From: Gemmatimonadota bacterium
GTDB taxonomy: Bacteria; Gemmatimonadota; Gemmatimonadetes; Gemmatimonadales; GWC2-71-9
DNA: 64,000 nucleotides
Reading direction: 5' to 3'
Assembly (NCBI GenBank): GCA_031375485.1
Contig: JANMHX010000328.1
Coordinates: 8-64,007, forward strand
Shown: positions 26,968-37,007 of the stretch, in pieces
Layout: every line of letters starts with the position of its first letter
Numbering within the stretch: position 1 is the stretch's first letter
Position numbers and translations under genes: made by a program
The notes under the pieces: model-generated
Seen by the model: only the letters and a program-made list of their open reading frames with translations
Database searches by the model: none
Told to the model about the DNA's origin: nothing

Positions 26968-28503
26968 ATGGCCCGGTTTCGTTTTCTTGCTCTGCTCGCC
27001 CTGCTTCCGCTGTCACTCTCGGCCCAGGTCGTTCAGGAACGGATCGACCTCGATGCGCTCAAACGAATCAAGGACGAAGGGTTGAATCGGTCCGAGGTCC
27101 TGGCCACCGCCGGATACCTCGCCGACGTCATCGGGCCCCGGCCCCAGGGATCGACCGCCGTCAAACAGGCCAACCTCTGGACCGCCGATCGGCTCCGGGC
27201 CTGGGGGCTCGCCAATGTCGTCGTGGAACCCTGGGGCACTTGGGGCCGAGGCTGGGAGCGGGTCCGCTACGCCGCCAACCTCACCAAGCCTTACCCCCAG
27301 CCCTTGGTGGCGCAACCGATGGGCTGGAGCGGCAGCACCAAGGGCACCATCAAGGCGCCGGTCGTCCTCCTCGACGCCACCGATTCGGCGTCTTTCCAAA
27401 AATACCGCGGGACCCTGAAAGGCAAGTTCGTCCTCTTCGGCGAACCGCCCAAGGTCCAGCAAAATTTCTACATCGAGCCGTGGCCTTTCCTCGCGATGGA
27501 GGACCCGCCGCGTCGTCGTCGGCTCTCGCAGGAAGACCTCGACAATCCGAATCTCAAGCCCGACTTCGCCTGGTCGCCCCTCGCGACCCGCTTGGAGCGC
27601 CGGAAAGCCGGTGATCGCTACGCCGATGTCATCCGCCAACTCAAGGGCGAGGAAATTGCCGCGCTGATCATCTGTTCGCCGCTACCGTACAATATCATCC
27701 GGGTCATGGCCGTTCCCGGCTGGCAGGACGTCCGCCAAGCCAAAGAGGGCGCCCCAATCGCTGCGCTCGTCGCCTCGTTCGAACAATTTGGCCAAATGTA
27801 CCGGAACATCAAGCGAGGGATTCCGGTCGAGCTCGAGGCAGCAATTGAGAATCGGTTCGTGACCGACGATTCCCTGGGCTACAACACGATTGCCGAGCTT
27901 CCGGGTACCGATCTGGCGGCCGAGTCGGTGATGTTCGGCGGTCATCTCGACAGCTGGCACGCGGGGACCGGGGCCACCGACAATGCGGCCGGCGTCGCGA
28001 TCACGATGGAGGCGATTCGGATCCTCAAGGCCACCGGGCTCAAGCCCCGCCGGACCATTCGCCTCGGCGTCTGGACCTCGGAAGAAGGCCGCCACCTCGG
28101 CGTCGCCGGTTGGATCGCCAAGCATCGGGACCAATGGCCCACGATCTCCGCCTACTTCAACGTCGACAACGGGGCGGGCCGGCTTCGCGGTCTGTGGGAC
28201 CAGTCGAATCCGTTCATCGCGCCGATCTTCCAGCAGATCTTCACCCCGGTTCGCGACCTGGGGGTGATGGTCGTCAAGCCAGGCAACGTGGGCGGGAACG
28301 AACACCAGGACTTCGACGACGTCGGGATTCCCGGGTTCACCTACCTCCAGGACCCCCTCGAGTACGTCCTCCGGAGTCACCACACCAACGCCGACACCTT
28401 CGAGCGCCTGATCGAGGACGATCTCAAGCAGGCCGCGATCGTGCTGGCCTGGACCGCCTACACCGTCGCCAACCGTGACGAGCTAATCCCGCGCAAGCGG
28501 TGA
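26968..28503 (+). CDS. Secreted M28 family metallopeptidase (PA-domain aminopeptidase type)
   Basis: ATG 26968 has a GGAGG SD and gives a signal peptide (MARFRFLALLALLPLSLSAQ). M28 Zn motif GGHLDSWHAGTGATDNAAGV. Confidence 0.8.
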   Translation: MARFRFLALLALLPLSLSAQVVQERIDLDALKRIKDEGLNRSEVLATAGYLADVIGPRPQGSTAVKQANLWTADRLRAWGLANVVVEPWGTWGRGWERVRYAANLTKPYPQPLVAQPMGWSGSTKGTIKAPVVLLDATDSASFQKYRGTLKGKFVLFGEPPKVQQNFYIEPWPFLAMEDPPRRRRLSQEDLDNPNLKPDFAWSPLATRLERRKAGDRYADVIRQLKGEEIAALIICSPLPYNIIRVMAVPGWQDVRQAKEGAPIAALVASFEQFGQMYRNIKRGIPVELEAAIENRFVTDDSLGYNTIAELPGTDLAAESVMFGGHLDSWHAGTGATDNAAGVAITMEAIRILKATGLKPRRTIRLGVWTSEEGRHLGVAGWIAKHRDQWPTISAYFNVDNGAGRLRGLWDQSNPFIAPIFQQIFTPVRDLGVMVVKPGNVGGNEHQDFDDVGIPGFTYLQDPLEYVLRSHHTNADTFERLIEDDLKQAAIVLAWTAYTVANRDELIPRKR

Positions 28504-29775
28504 CGGACCTGGCGCTCCGGCCGCCTGGCGGCCGTGCTCCCGGCCGAGCCAAAGCCCGCAGCCAAGCCAGACCAGCGCCAAGGGCATCGCCGCGAACGCG
28601 ATCCCGGTCGAGCCGAGTCCGATCGCAACCAAGCCCGCGTAGGACCACGCCCCGAGCTGGTCGCCGCCGCGATAGACGAAGGTTTCGATGAAGCTCTTGG
28701 CCTTGTACTTGTCCTCCCGCGGCACCACCGTGAACAGGATTTCCATGGCGGGATTGGTGAGCGCAAAGTTGGCGCTCCGCCGGATCACCATGAAGACCGC
28801 GAGGGTGGCGAAGGCCGGCGCCATCCCGAGGGCGCCGAATCCGACGATCGTCAAGGCGGGGAGCAACGCGAGAGCGACGGCCAGGCCGACCCAACGGATG
28901 ACCCGTCCGGTCAGCAACACTTGGACGATCACCGTGAGCACTTGCACCGCGAGCTCGATCCGCGCCAGGACGGCGGTTCGGGCGTCCCGGGTCTCGTACG
29001 ACCGGCCCACGATATCGGCTTGCTGGAAGTAGAGGAACGTCGATCCAACCGTGTAGAGAATCAGGAACAGGCAGATCGCCAGCAGATAGGGCGACCGGAC
29101 CAAGTGGGAGAACCCGGCCCAGACCGAACCCCCGATTGGTGCCGATTGCCGGGCCGATGGCGGCTCGCCGGGTGAAGCCGGAAACCTCATGACCACGAAC
29201 GCGGCTGCTCCGAGGAGGACGGCCGAGACGAGCAGCAAGTTGACGGTCCCGATTCGGCTGGCGAGCGTTGCTGTCAGTGCCGAGCCGGCAATCGAGCCGA
29301 AGGTGCCGCCCACGCCGATGAAGCCGAAGAGCCGCTTCGCCTGATCGCTCCGGAACACATCGGCCATGAACGACCAGAAAATCGACACCACGAAGAGATT
29401 GAAGACGCTGGTCCAGACGAAGAACGCCCGCCCGGTCCAGATCGCGACGACCGAGCCCGGGACCTGGTTCCCGAACCGCATCAGCAGATAGAAGCCGACG
29501 AGATTGAGGACGAAGAAGTAGTAGGCGACCGGAATGAAGCGACGGGGGGCATAGCGGACGACCAGGGCTGCAAACAATGGGTTGAGCAGCAGGGTCGCCG
29601 CGAGGGTGCCGGCGAACAGCCAAGGGAGGTTCTGAACCCCCGAGGCGGCTGCCACCTCATCCCGAATCGGCCGCAGGATGAAATAGCTCGAGAGCACGAA
29701 GAAGAAGTAGGCGAAGCTCGTTCCAACGACGCGGTGCTCATCGTCGCGGATGTCGACCAGGTGCTTCAGGAGCAT
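28483..29775 (-). CDS. MFS-type transporter related to ATP/ADP translocase (NTT/TLC, Npt1/Npt2-like)
   Basis: About 12 TM helices. The N-terminus FAYFFFVLSSYFILRPIRDE is typical of the TLC-like family. GGAGG SD. Confidence 0.6.
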   Translation of the reverse strand: MLLKHLVDIRDDEHRVVGTSFAYFFFVLSSYFILRPIRDEVAAASGVQNLPWLFAGTLAATLLLNPLFAALVVRYAPRRFIPVAYYFFVLNLVGFYLLMRFGNQVPGSVVAIWTGRAFFVWTSVFNLFVVSIFWSFMADVFRSDQAKRLFGFIGVGGTFGSIAGSALTATLASRIGTVNLLLVSAVLLGAAAFVVMRFPASPGEPPSARQSAPIGGSVWAGFSHLVRSPYLLAICLFLILYTVGSTFLYFQQADIVGRSYETRDARTAVLARIELAVQVLTVIVQVLLTGRVIRWVGLAVALALLPALTIVGFGALGMAPAFATLAVFMVIRRSANFALTNPAMEILFTVVPREDKYKAKSFIETFVYRGGDQLGAWSYAGLVAIGLGSTGIAFAAMPLALVWLGCGLWLGREHGRQAAGAPGPSPLARD

Positions 29776-29850
29776 GCCATCCTACCTCCAGGTCCGTAAC
29801 AAATCCAGCCATTCCACGTCTCTAAGGTAAGCCAATTGTCGAGGTGTGAT

Positions 29851-30285
29851 GTGAACAGGGTCGTGACGGTTCTGCTCGCGGTGACGCTGGTCGTGCCCCG
29901 GAACCCCGGCGCCCCGCCGGCTCAAGGATACGATCCGTTCGTGATCGACCCCCGGGCTTCCATCGACCCGGTGGATCTCACCGTGGTCGACCCCGGGCGA
30001 GCCCGAAAACTCCCGCTGTTGGTCTACCTTCCCAGCGGAGGTGCGCCGGCGCCGGTCGTGCTCTTCAGCCACGGATTGGGCGGGGCCCGCACCGGTTGGT
30101 CTTTTCTTGGCCGCCATGGGCGGCCCGGGGCTACCTCGCGGTGTTCCTCCAGCATCCCGGAAGCGACGAGTCCGTCTGGAAAGATCTGCCGCCGGCGCGC
30201 CGAATGGCGGCGATGCGCGGGGCGGCCAGCACCGAGAACTTCCTCCTGCGGGCGGAAGACGTCTCGGTGGTGCTCGACCAATTAA
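29851..30285 (+). CDS. Alpha/beta hydrolase (PAF-acetylhydrolase/dienelactone-hydrolase-like), N-terminal fragment; frame breaks near 30105-30125
   Basis: Signal peptide, then LPLLVYLP…[22 protein letters not shown] followed by a nonsense tail. GTG 29851 has a GAGG SD. Confidence 0.7.
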   Translation: MNRVVTVLLAVTLVVPRNPGAPPAQGYDPFVIDPRASIDPVDLTVVDPGRARKLPLLVYLPSGGAPAPVVLFSHGLGGARTGWSFLGRHGRPGATSRCSSSIPEATSPSGKICRRRAEWRRCAGRPAPRTSSCGRKTSRWCSTN

Positions 30286-30836
30286 CTCGATGGAACCGGA
30301 CCGCCGGACATCCTTTGTTCGGGCGGCTCGACCTGACCCGGGTGGGGATGTCGGGCCACTCCTTCGGGGCGGTGACCACCCAGGCGGTGAGCGGCCAGAC
30401 AATGGCCGGTGGTCGCTCGTTCGTCGACCCGCGGATCGACGCAGCGATTGCGTTCAGCCCAAGTAGCCCGCGGCGAGGCGATCCGAAGGAGGCCTTCGGC
30501 CGGGTGAAGATCCCTTGGCTCCTGATGACCGGGACCAAGGACGTCGCCCCGATCGGGGGAGCCGATGTGGCATCCCGGCTCGAAGTATTTCCCGCGCTTC
30601 CGCCAGGCTTCAAATACGAACTGGTGCTCGAGAATGCGGAGCATTCGGCGTTCACGGACCGCGCCTTACCGGGTGATCGCGAACCGCGAAACCCCAATCA
30701 CCACCGGGCGATTCTGGCCATCAGTACGGCCTTTTGGGATGCCGCGCTTAGGCAGGACCAGGCGGCTCGGGCTTGGCTCGACGGCCAGGGGCCGCGCTCG
30801 GTCCTCGAGCCGGGCGATCGTTGGCAACACCAATAG
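30096..30836 (+). CDS. C-terminal continuation of the same alpha/beta hydrolase (carries the nucleophile elbow)
   Basis: Frame 0 continues …[17 protein letters not shown] and contains GMSGHSFGA (GxSxG). The track start 30096 is a TTG inside the overlap region. Confidence 0.7.
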   Translation: MVFSWPPWAARGYLAVFLQHPGSDESVWKDLPPARRMAAMRGAASTENFLLRAEDVSVVLDQLTRWNRTAGHPLFGRLDLTRVGMSGHSFGAVTTQAVSGQTMAGGRSFVDPRIDAAIAFSPSSPRRGDPKEAFGRVKIPWLLMTGTKDVAPIGGADVASRLEVFPALPPGFKYELVLENAEHSAFTDRALPGDREPRNPNHHRAILAISTAFWDAALRQDQAARAWLDGQGPRSVLEPGDRWQHQ

Positions 30837-32508
30837 CCGGGTTTGAGAGAGCGGCTTCAGCGGGGCGGCAATACCGATAAGCCGCTGATCCCTCATCGAC
30901 CAGAGCACCCGCCAGGCGCAATCCGGCCTGCCGGAGCCCCACCAGGAGCCGGTCCTGCTCCCAGGATCTGAAGTGGGACATGAACACAGCGGCGCACGGC
31001 GTGGCCGATGCTGCGACTCGCGCCGCCTCGTTCTCGGCCCAGCCTGAGTCGATGCCTGAGATCGAGCCTCGGATGGTTCGCTCGTCCCCGGTTGGCGAGC
31101 CGATCAGGATCGGTCGGCCTCGATCCTTCATGATTCGGTCCCAGCCGTCGCCCGGCGCGCGGGGGCCTCGTGCCGGGGCATTGCCGGAGTTCGGTCCGAT
31201 CGACTCCGCGGCGGCGATGTAATCACGAACCCGGTCCCGATCCGCGGCGCTGGTCCAGTTCGTTGTGTAGTAGGTCCAGGCCGGAATCGCCCGGGCAAAG
31301 ATGTAGACTGGCTCTCCTCGGTCCAGGCGATCCAGCAACCAGGGAACGACCCGGTCGGTGTTTTCGCCCAACACCGGTCCGCGATCCACCCGGAGACCCT
31401 CCACCAGGCTGCCTCCTCCGATGGCCAGTACGGCCAAGGCCGTGATCAGGGCTCGTCGCGTGACGTTGGTCTTTTCGGTCAAGGCGGTTATGCCGGCCCA
31501 GAACATCAGCAACAGCGAGGGCACCGCAAAGAGGGTCACTCGGACACTTCGAAGGGGATAGACGTGGAGGAGCGCCGCCGCGCTCACCGCTACCGCCGGC
31601 CCAAGCAGCAGGAGGGGCTCCGCGAGCCCCCGGCGACGTCCCAAGACCAGGAGCCCCCCGGCCGATGTTAGAGCGAGGAGGCCAAAAGCCAGCGACGGCC
31701 GTTCCACTCCATCGGGCCAAAAAACGGCCAGGACCGGCGGCATCCAACTTCGCACCAGTGACGCAGGATGTCCGTCAGGGAATGCCCCAGCCCAGAACCG
31801 ATCCAGGGCAGGCGTTTCGGCTGGTTTGAGAATGGTGAGATAGATCGTGATGAAGACCGCCACCCAGGCAACTCCGAGAACGGCCAGCCGGATTTGACCA
31901 GCCCGAGACCCCCGGATCGCCGGCGTTGCGATCAACGCGGCGCCGATGGCCGCAGCGGCGAAAATGGCCGGCGACGAGGCCAGCATCGAAACGGCTCCGC
32001 CCAGTCCGAGCAGCCACCATCGACGGTCATTCGTCGGCTGCGCGGTCAGCCGGATGGCGAGCAGCGGCAGGACCACCGCGATCAACACGTCCATGGAGTA
32101 GGGCCGCGCCTCGTTGGCGTACCGGAGCGCGGAGGGAGCGAAGGTCAGCATGGCGAGCGGGACGAGGGCCATTGGCCCCGGCACCACATACCTGGCTAGG
32201 GCAAGAAATGCGGGCAAGGTCGCGAGGGATGCCGCCAATGGAATCACTCGGAGCGCCCACTCGCTCATCCCGAAAACAGCTACCACGCCATGGGTGGCGA
32301 GCAGGAAGAGTGGGGGAGCGGTTTGTCCAAAATCGAGTTGGCCGAGGAGTTCGCCGGCGCTTCGCGTCCCGATATTGAGCCCGAACATCAACTCGTCGAT
32401 CCACAGGGCGGGCCCCTCCGCGAACCGCGCCAGCCGGAGCCACGCCCCAGCGGCGATGATGAGCACGGCGACCGCCGACCAGGCCTTCGACCACTTCTGG
32501 TGCTCCAT
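30748..32508 (-). CDS. Glycosyltransferase family 39 / ArnT-like polytopic membrane protein
   Basis: ATG 32508 ([18 protein letters not shown]…). Multiple TM helices, a WIDELMF loop and a soluble C-terminal domain. The 3' end overlaps the convergent hydrolase gene by 89 nt. Confidence 0.55.
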   Translation of the reverse strand: MEHQKWSKAWSAVAVLIIAAGAWLRLARFAEGPALWIDELMFGLNIGTRSAGELLGQLDFGQTAPPLFLLATHGVVAVFGMSEWALRVIPLAASLATLPAFLALARYVVPGPMALVPLAMLTFAPSALRYANEARPYSMDVLIAVVLPLLAIRLTAQPTNDRRWWLLGLGGAVSMLASSPAIFAAAAIGAALIATPAIRGSRAGQIRLAVLGVAWVAVFITIYLTILKPAETPALDRFWAGAFPDGHPASLVRSWMPPVLAVFWPDGVERPSLAFGLLALTSAGGLLVLGRRRGLAEPLLLLGPAVAVSAAALLHVYPLRSVRVTLFAVPSLLLMFWAGITALTEKTNVTRRALITALAVLAIGGGSLVEGLRVDRGPVLGENTDRVVPWLLDRLDRGEPVYIFARAIPAWTYYTTNWTSAADRDRVRDYIAAAESIGPNSGNAPARGPRAPGDGWDRIMKDRGRPILIGSPTGDERTIRGSISGIDSGWAENEAARVAASATPCAAVFMSHFRSWEQDRLLVGLRQAGLRLAGALVDEGSAAYRYCRPAEAALSNPAIGVANDRPARGPSAAPGRRAKPEPPGPA

Positions 32509-32682
32509 GTCCGAACCCCCTGCGAAGGGACGCTCCGGCCGTGCCAGTCGCGATGGGCTGGACCAGGTTGGGGCGGTATTCGTGAAACCGGGCTGTCGAC
32601 TAGACGACCAGCCCGCGGTCCCCATGCACACCAAATGGGGCGATGCTCGAGCTTCGTGACATCACTGATGCGCGGCCGTCGA

Positions 32683-34275
32683 TCACCGGGCTTGCCAGGT
32701 CACCAGCAAGCCGACCAGCGAGGCCAACGCGATGCTGTGGAAGAAGACGTAGCGGAGGATTTCCCCCTCCTTGCCTTCATATTTCGTGACCACCCCGGCC
32801 ACCACGATGCTCTGCGCGTCGATCATCTTGCCCATGACACCGCCCGAGGAGTTCGCCGCCGCCATCAGCGTCGGGTTTAAGCCAAGCTGCTCGGCGGTGA
32901 TCCGCTGGAGACTGCCGAATAAGACGTTGGACGACGTATCCGACCCGGTGAGCGCCACGCCGAGCCATCCGAGCAGGGTGCCAAAGAACGGATAGAAAGC
33001 GCCGGTCCGGGCGAACGCCAGTCCGAGAATCGCGTCGAGCCCGCTATACCGGGTGAGGTAGCCCAGCGCCATCATCACGGCGATCGTCACCAGCGACATC
33101 CGAACCGCCAGGAAGGTCTTCCCGTAGGCCCGAACGACCTCGCCCGGCCGATAGCGAAGAATCACCGCGGTCACGAGCGCCGCGATCAGGATGGCCGTCC
33201 CGGTGGCCGAGAGCCAATTCAAGGTGAAGACCGCCCCCTCGGCGGCCGGGGTGGCCACCACCGGGGCGGTTCGCTGGACCAAGTTGTGGAGGCCCGGTAC
33301 CGGGATCTTCGGGGCCGAGATCCCGTTGAGCAGACTCTTCACCGCCGGAACGCCCCAGGCAAAGACCAGCACACTGAGCACGGCCCAGGGGAGCCAGGCT
33401 TCCGCGGTGGTCGGTCCGCTTGGCTTTGCCGCGGCGGCCGGCCGGGGCAGGGCAGTTTTCGGACGCCAGACCTTGAGGAACAACGTGAGCCCAGCCATCG
33501 ATGACACCGCGGCGACGATGTCCACCAGCCACGGGCCGTGGTACGTCGCCATCAGGTACTGTGGCACCGCAAAGGTGACGCCCGCGACCAAGACGGCAGG
33601 CCAGACTTCCTTGAGGCCTTTGAATCCGGCGTAGGCGGCCACCAGCCAGAAGGGCACGATGACCGAAAACCAGGGCAGCTGCCGGCCCACCTGGGCCGAT
33701 AACTCATGGAGGTCGAGTCCGGTGACGCCCTGTAGGGCGATGATCGGAGTGCCTAACGCTCCGAACGCGACCGGCGCCGTGTTGGCGATTAGGGACAGCG
33801 CTGAGGCCTGGAGCGGCGAAAAACCTAACGCGATGAGCAACCCCCCGGTCACCGCCACGGGGGTTCCGAAACCGGCTGCTCCCTCGACGAACGCCCCGAA
33901 ACTGAATGCGATCAGCAGCAACTGGAGCCGCGGGTCGTCGGTCAACCCGGCGATACTCCTCCGGAGCACGTCGAACAACCCCCGGCCCTCGGCCAACCGA
34001 TAGAGAAACAGGACGTTCAGCACGATCCAGCCGATCGGGAACAGGCCGTAGGCCGCCCCGAATCCGGTGCTGGCCAACGCCATCGCCGGTGGCATGCCGA
34101 GCATGGCCACCGCCAGGACCAGGGCGGAGCCGAGCCCGATGGCCGCCGCCACCGGGGCCTTGAGGCGAAACCAAGCCAACGACGCCAGCAGCGCTACGAC
34201 CGGAATGGCGGCCAACAACGCGGACAGCAGCGGGTGTCCGAGCGGATCGTAGACCTGAGGCCATGGGCTCGTCAC
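32683..34275 (-). CDS. L-lactate/glycolate permease (LctP family)
   Basis: 530 aa polytopic protein. The N-terminus …YDPLGHPLLSALLAAIPVV is typical of LctP. GTG start 3 nt after the epimerase stop. Confidence 0.8.
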   Translation of the reverse strand: MTSPWPQVYDPLGHPLLSALLAAIPVVALLASLAWFRLKAPVAAAIGLGSALVLAVAMLGMPPAMALASTGFGAAYGLFPIGWIVLNVLFLYRLAEGRGLFDVLRRSIAGLTDDPRLQLLLIAFSFGAFVEGAAGFGTPVAVTGGLLIALGFSPLQASALSLIANTAPVAFGALGTPIIALQGVTGLDLHELSAQVGRQLPWFSVIVPFWLVAAYAGFKGLKEVWPAVLVAGVTFAVPQYLMATYHGPWLVDIVAAVSSMAGLTLFLKVWRPKTALPRPAAAAKPSGPTTAEAWLPWAVLSVLVFAWGVPAVKSLLNGISAPKIPVPGLHNLVQRTAPVVATPAAEGAVFTLNWLSATGTAILIAALVTAVILRYRPGEVVRAYGKTFLAVRMSLVTIAVMMALGYLTRYSGLDAILGLAFARTGAFYPFFGTLLGWLGVALTGSDTSSNVLFGSLQRITAEQLGLNPTLMAAANSSGGVMGKMIDAQSIVVAGVVTKYEGKEGEILRYVFFHSIALASLVGLLVTWQAR

Positions 34276-34278
34276 CGC

Positions 34279-35277
34279 TCAGCCCCACAACGCCGGGGTT
34301 GGGAACGACATGACGCCGCGCTCGTACCGGAGACCATGGGGCCGGTCGGAGGAATGAAGCAGCGGGCCGTCGAGATCGATGAACTGGGCCTGCTGCGCGA
34401 TCACGGCGCCGGGTGCCATGGCGAGCGAGGTGCCCGCCATGCAGCCGATCATGATGCCTAAGCCCCGGGCCCGGGCGTCGGCGGCCAAGGCCAGCGCCTC
34501 GGTCAGCCCGCCGGTCTTGTCGAGTTTGATGTTGACCACATGGTAGAGCCCCACCAGTCCCGGGAGTGACGACCGATCGACACAGGATTCATCGGCCGCG
34601 AGGGGGATGGTGCCGGTATAGCCGGCCAATTGCCGGTCGGTGCCCTTCTTCACGGGCTGCTCGATCAGCGCGACGTTCAGCGCCGCCAGTTCCGGCCCGA
34701 GTTGGTTGAGCAGGTCCACCGTCCAACTCTGATTGGCATCCACGATGAATCGGGCCGCCGGGCACTCCTCGTGGGCGATTCGCACCGGGCCAAGATGAGA
34801 CACGGCGTCGGCCTTCATCTTGATGAGCGGCCAATCCCGGATGGCCCGGGCCTTGACGCGGACCTCCTCGTCCGAACCGATGCCGATGGTCATGGCCGTC
34901 GTCACCGGCCCGACCCGATCGAGCCCAGCGGTGCGCCAAGCCGGGACGCCGGTGGTCTTGGCTTCGAGATCCCACAGGGCACAGTCGACGGCGTTCCGGG
35001 CCCCGCCCGCCGGAAGCAGGCCTTGGAGCGCGGACCGCGTGAGGCCTTCCGTCAACTCACGGCGGACGTGATCGATTTGAGCGATCATCGAGGCGAGGGA
35101 TTCGCCCTCGTAGTCGACGCCTGAGGCCTCTCCCCACCCGGTCTGACCCTGGGCGTCGGTCAGGCGGACGACGATGACCCCGAGTTCGGTTTCCACTCCG
35201 CGGGCGATCCTAAACGGCGTGTGGTAGGGCCACCGTTCAGTGGTGACCGCGCATTGCAGCGGTTGTTTGTCTTTCAT
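34279..35277 (-). CDS. Enolase-superfamily racemase/epimerase (dipeptide epimerase / N-acetyl-D-Glu racemase DgcA-like)
   Basis: 332 aa. Capping domain (PFRIARG…GWGEA) and barrel with KMK, DANQSW, EQP and ADES metal/catalytic motifs. Confidence 0.75.
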   Translation of the reverse strand: MKDKQPLQCAVTTERWPYHTPFRIARGVETELGVIVVRLTDAQGQTGWGEASGVDYEGESLASMIAQIDHVRRELTEGLTRSALQGLLPAGGARNAVDCALWDLEAKTTGVPAWRTAGLDRVGPVTTAMTIGIGSDEEVRVKARAIRDWPLIKMKADAVSHLGPVRIAHEECPAARFIVDANQSWTVDLLNQLGPELAALNVALIEQPVKKGTDRQLAGYTGTIPLAADESCVDRSSLPGLVGLYHVVNIKLDKTGGLTEALALAADARARGLGIMIGCMAGTSLAMAPGAVIAQQAQFIDLDGPLLHSSDRPHGLRYERGVMSFPTPALWG

Positions 35278-35283
35278 CGAACG

Positions 35284-35312
35284 AATCTACGCTTCACGCC
35301 GGAGTTCGCCAA
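35284..35312 (-). promoter_or_regulatory. Sigma70-type promoter giving a leaderless epimerase-lctP mRNA
   Basis: On the minus strand: TTGGCG-N17-TAGATT-N6-ATG(35277). There is no SD. Confidence 0.5.
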
Positions 35313-35333
35313 CGGTGCGATCAGCCGAGTCGG

Positions 35334-35342
35334 TGCTAGATT
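35334..35342 (+). promoter_or_regulatory. Extended -10 element (TGcTAGATT) for the M1 peptidase gene
   Basis: TGnTAGATT lies in the divergent intergenic region, upstream of the candidate TTG start at 35372. Confidence 0.35.
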
Positions 35343-35371
35343 CACCCCCTACCTTTCGCCACCGGTGCCCT

Positions 35372-37000
35372 TTGAGCCCCAGCCGTCAACTGCTCGTCTG
35401 GTCGGGCGCGGTCCTCGTTCTTGGATCCGCCCCGGCCGACCCGTATCCCCGGAACGCCGATCTCGACGTCACTGACTATCAGTACCAGCTCGCGCTCTCC
35501 GACAGTTCCGATCAGATCCGGATGGAGGCGACGATCGCCTTCCAGTTCCTCGCGGCCGGGCGAACCCGGTTGACCCTCGACCTCGTGGGCCGCGGCGACT
35601 CCGGGCGCGGCATGGTGGTCGATCGGGTGGCCGACTCAGCCGGACCGCTGACGTTCACCCATCGAGCCAATCGGCTCGAGATCACACTTCGGAGGCCGGG
35701 CCGCTCCGGCGAACGGAGCCGAGTCTCGATCGGGTACCATGGCGTCCCGGCGGCCGCATTGAAGATCGGCCCCAACAAGTCCGGCGACCGGACGTTCTCC
35801 AGTGACAACTGGCCCGACCTGGCCCGCCATTGGCTGGTCGGCGTCGACCACCCCTACGACAAAGCCAGCTCCGAATTCATCGTCACGGCGCCGGCGCACT
35901 ACCAGGTCGTGTCGAACGGCCTCCTGGTCGAGCAAACCGATCTCGCGAGCGGCTTCCGCCGGACCCATTGGCGCCAGTCGGTGCCGATCGCCACCTGGCT
36001 CCAGACGTTAGGCGTGGCCCGGTACGCCGTCGAGCACTCGGGTACCGTCGATGGCACGCCAATCCAGGCCTGGGCCTATCCCGCGGACCGGGAGCGGGCG
36101 TTCGCGGATTTTGGCGGGCCGACCAAGGCGGCTCTCCGGTTCTACAACGAGTGGGTCGGCCCCTACGCCTATGAAAAGCTCGCCAACGTCGAATCGGTCG
36201 CGGCGGGTGGCGGCATGGAGGCCGCATCGGCAATCGGCTATACCGAACGGCTGATCGGCACCGCCCGGGCCCGCGAGGTGGTCGTGCACGAGATCGCCCA
36301 TCAATGGTTCGGCAACGCGGTGACCGAATCCGATTGGAACGATGTCTGGCTCAGCGAGGGGTTCGCGACCTACTTCACGCTGCTGTTCACCGAACACGAC
36401 GCCGGGCGGGATGCCTTCGTCGAGGGGCTCCTGAAAAGCCGAGTCACCGTGCTCGACTACGATGCCAAGCATCTCGGATACCAAGTGGTGCATGCGAATC
36501 TGACCGACATGTCCAAGGTCACGAGCTCGCAGACGTACCAGAAGGGGGCCTGGACGCTCCACATGCTCCGCGGCGTGGTCGGGACGGACACCTTCTGGCG
36601 GGGGATTCGAGAATATTACCGCGAGTACCGGAACGCCAATGCCACGACCGAGGACTTTCAGCGGGTCATGGAGGCTGCGTCAGGCAAGGAGCTGGATTGG
36701 TTCTTTCGGCAGTGGTTGACCCGGTCCGGGTCACCGAAGCTCGAGGGGGGATGGCGCTATGATGCCGGCGCCAAGCGCATCGAGATCAATCTGAACCAGA
36801 CCCAGGATGGTGCGCCGTTCCGGGTGCCGCTCGAGATCGGGATCCGGTTCCCAGGGGAATCCGGGATCCGAACCGAGCGGGTCGAAATCACCGGCGGCCA
36901 AGCCCGGTTCGCGTTCGACTCGCCCCGGGAGCCGGCCTCCGTGGCGCTCGACCCGAACCTCTGGGTCCTGATGGAGGCCAAGTTCGACCGGCGGCCGTAA
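35372..37000 (+). CDS. Secreted M1 family metallopeptidase (aminopeptidase N-like)
   Basis: GGGMEA (GxMEN variant) and HEIAHQWFGN-x18-E (WLSEGFATY). The start is uncertain: the track start 35240 (GTG) overlaps the divergent epimerase gene. TTG 35372 gives a signal peptide (MSPSRQLLVWSGAVLVLGSAPA); GTG 35333 is an alternative. Confidence 0.8.
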   Translation: MSPSRQLLVWSGAVLVLGSAPADPYPRNADLDVTDYQYQLALSDSSDQIRMEATIAFQFLAAGRTRLTLDLVGRGDSGRGMVVDRVADSAGPLTFTHRANRLEITLRRPGRSGERSRVSIGYHGVPAAALKIGPNKSGDRTFSSDNWPDLARHWLVGVDHPYDKASSEFIVTAPAHYQVVSNGLLVEQTDLASGFRRTHWRQSVPIATWLQTLGVARYAVEHSGTVDGTPIQAWAYPADRERAFADFGGPTKAALRFYNEWVGPYAYEKLANVESVAAGGGMEAASAIGYTERLIGTARAREVVVHEIAHQWFGNAVTESDWNDVWLSEGFATYFTLLFTEHDAGRDAFVEGLLKSRVTVLDYDAKHLGYQVVHANLTDMSKVTSSQTYQKGAWTLHMLRGVVGTDTFWRGIREYYREYRNANATTEDFQRVMEAASGKELDWFFRQWLTRSGSPKLEGGWRYDAGAKRIEINLNQTQDGAPFRVPLEIGIRFPGESGIRTERVEITGGQARFAFDSPREPASVALDPNLWVLMEAKFDRRP

Positions 37001-37007
37001 CCGGGAA

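Noticed and set aside
32620-32640. Hairpin CCCCAT-N9-ATGGGG downstream of lctP as a terminator. Also small hairpins near 3027-3051 and TCGGCC-g-GGCCGA at 62940-62952.
   Set aside because: The stems are only 6 bp, the loops are too large or too small, and there is no U-tract. This is not enough evidence for intrinsic terminators.
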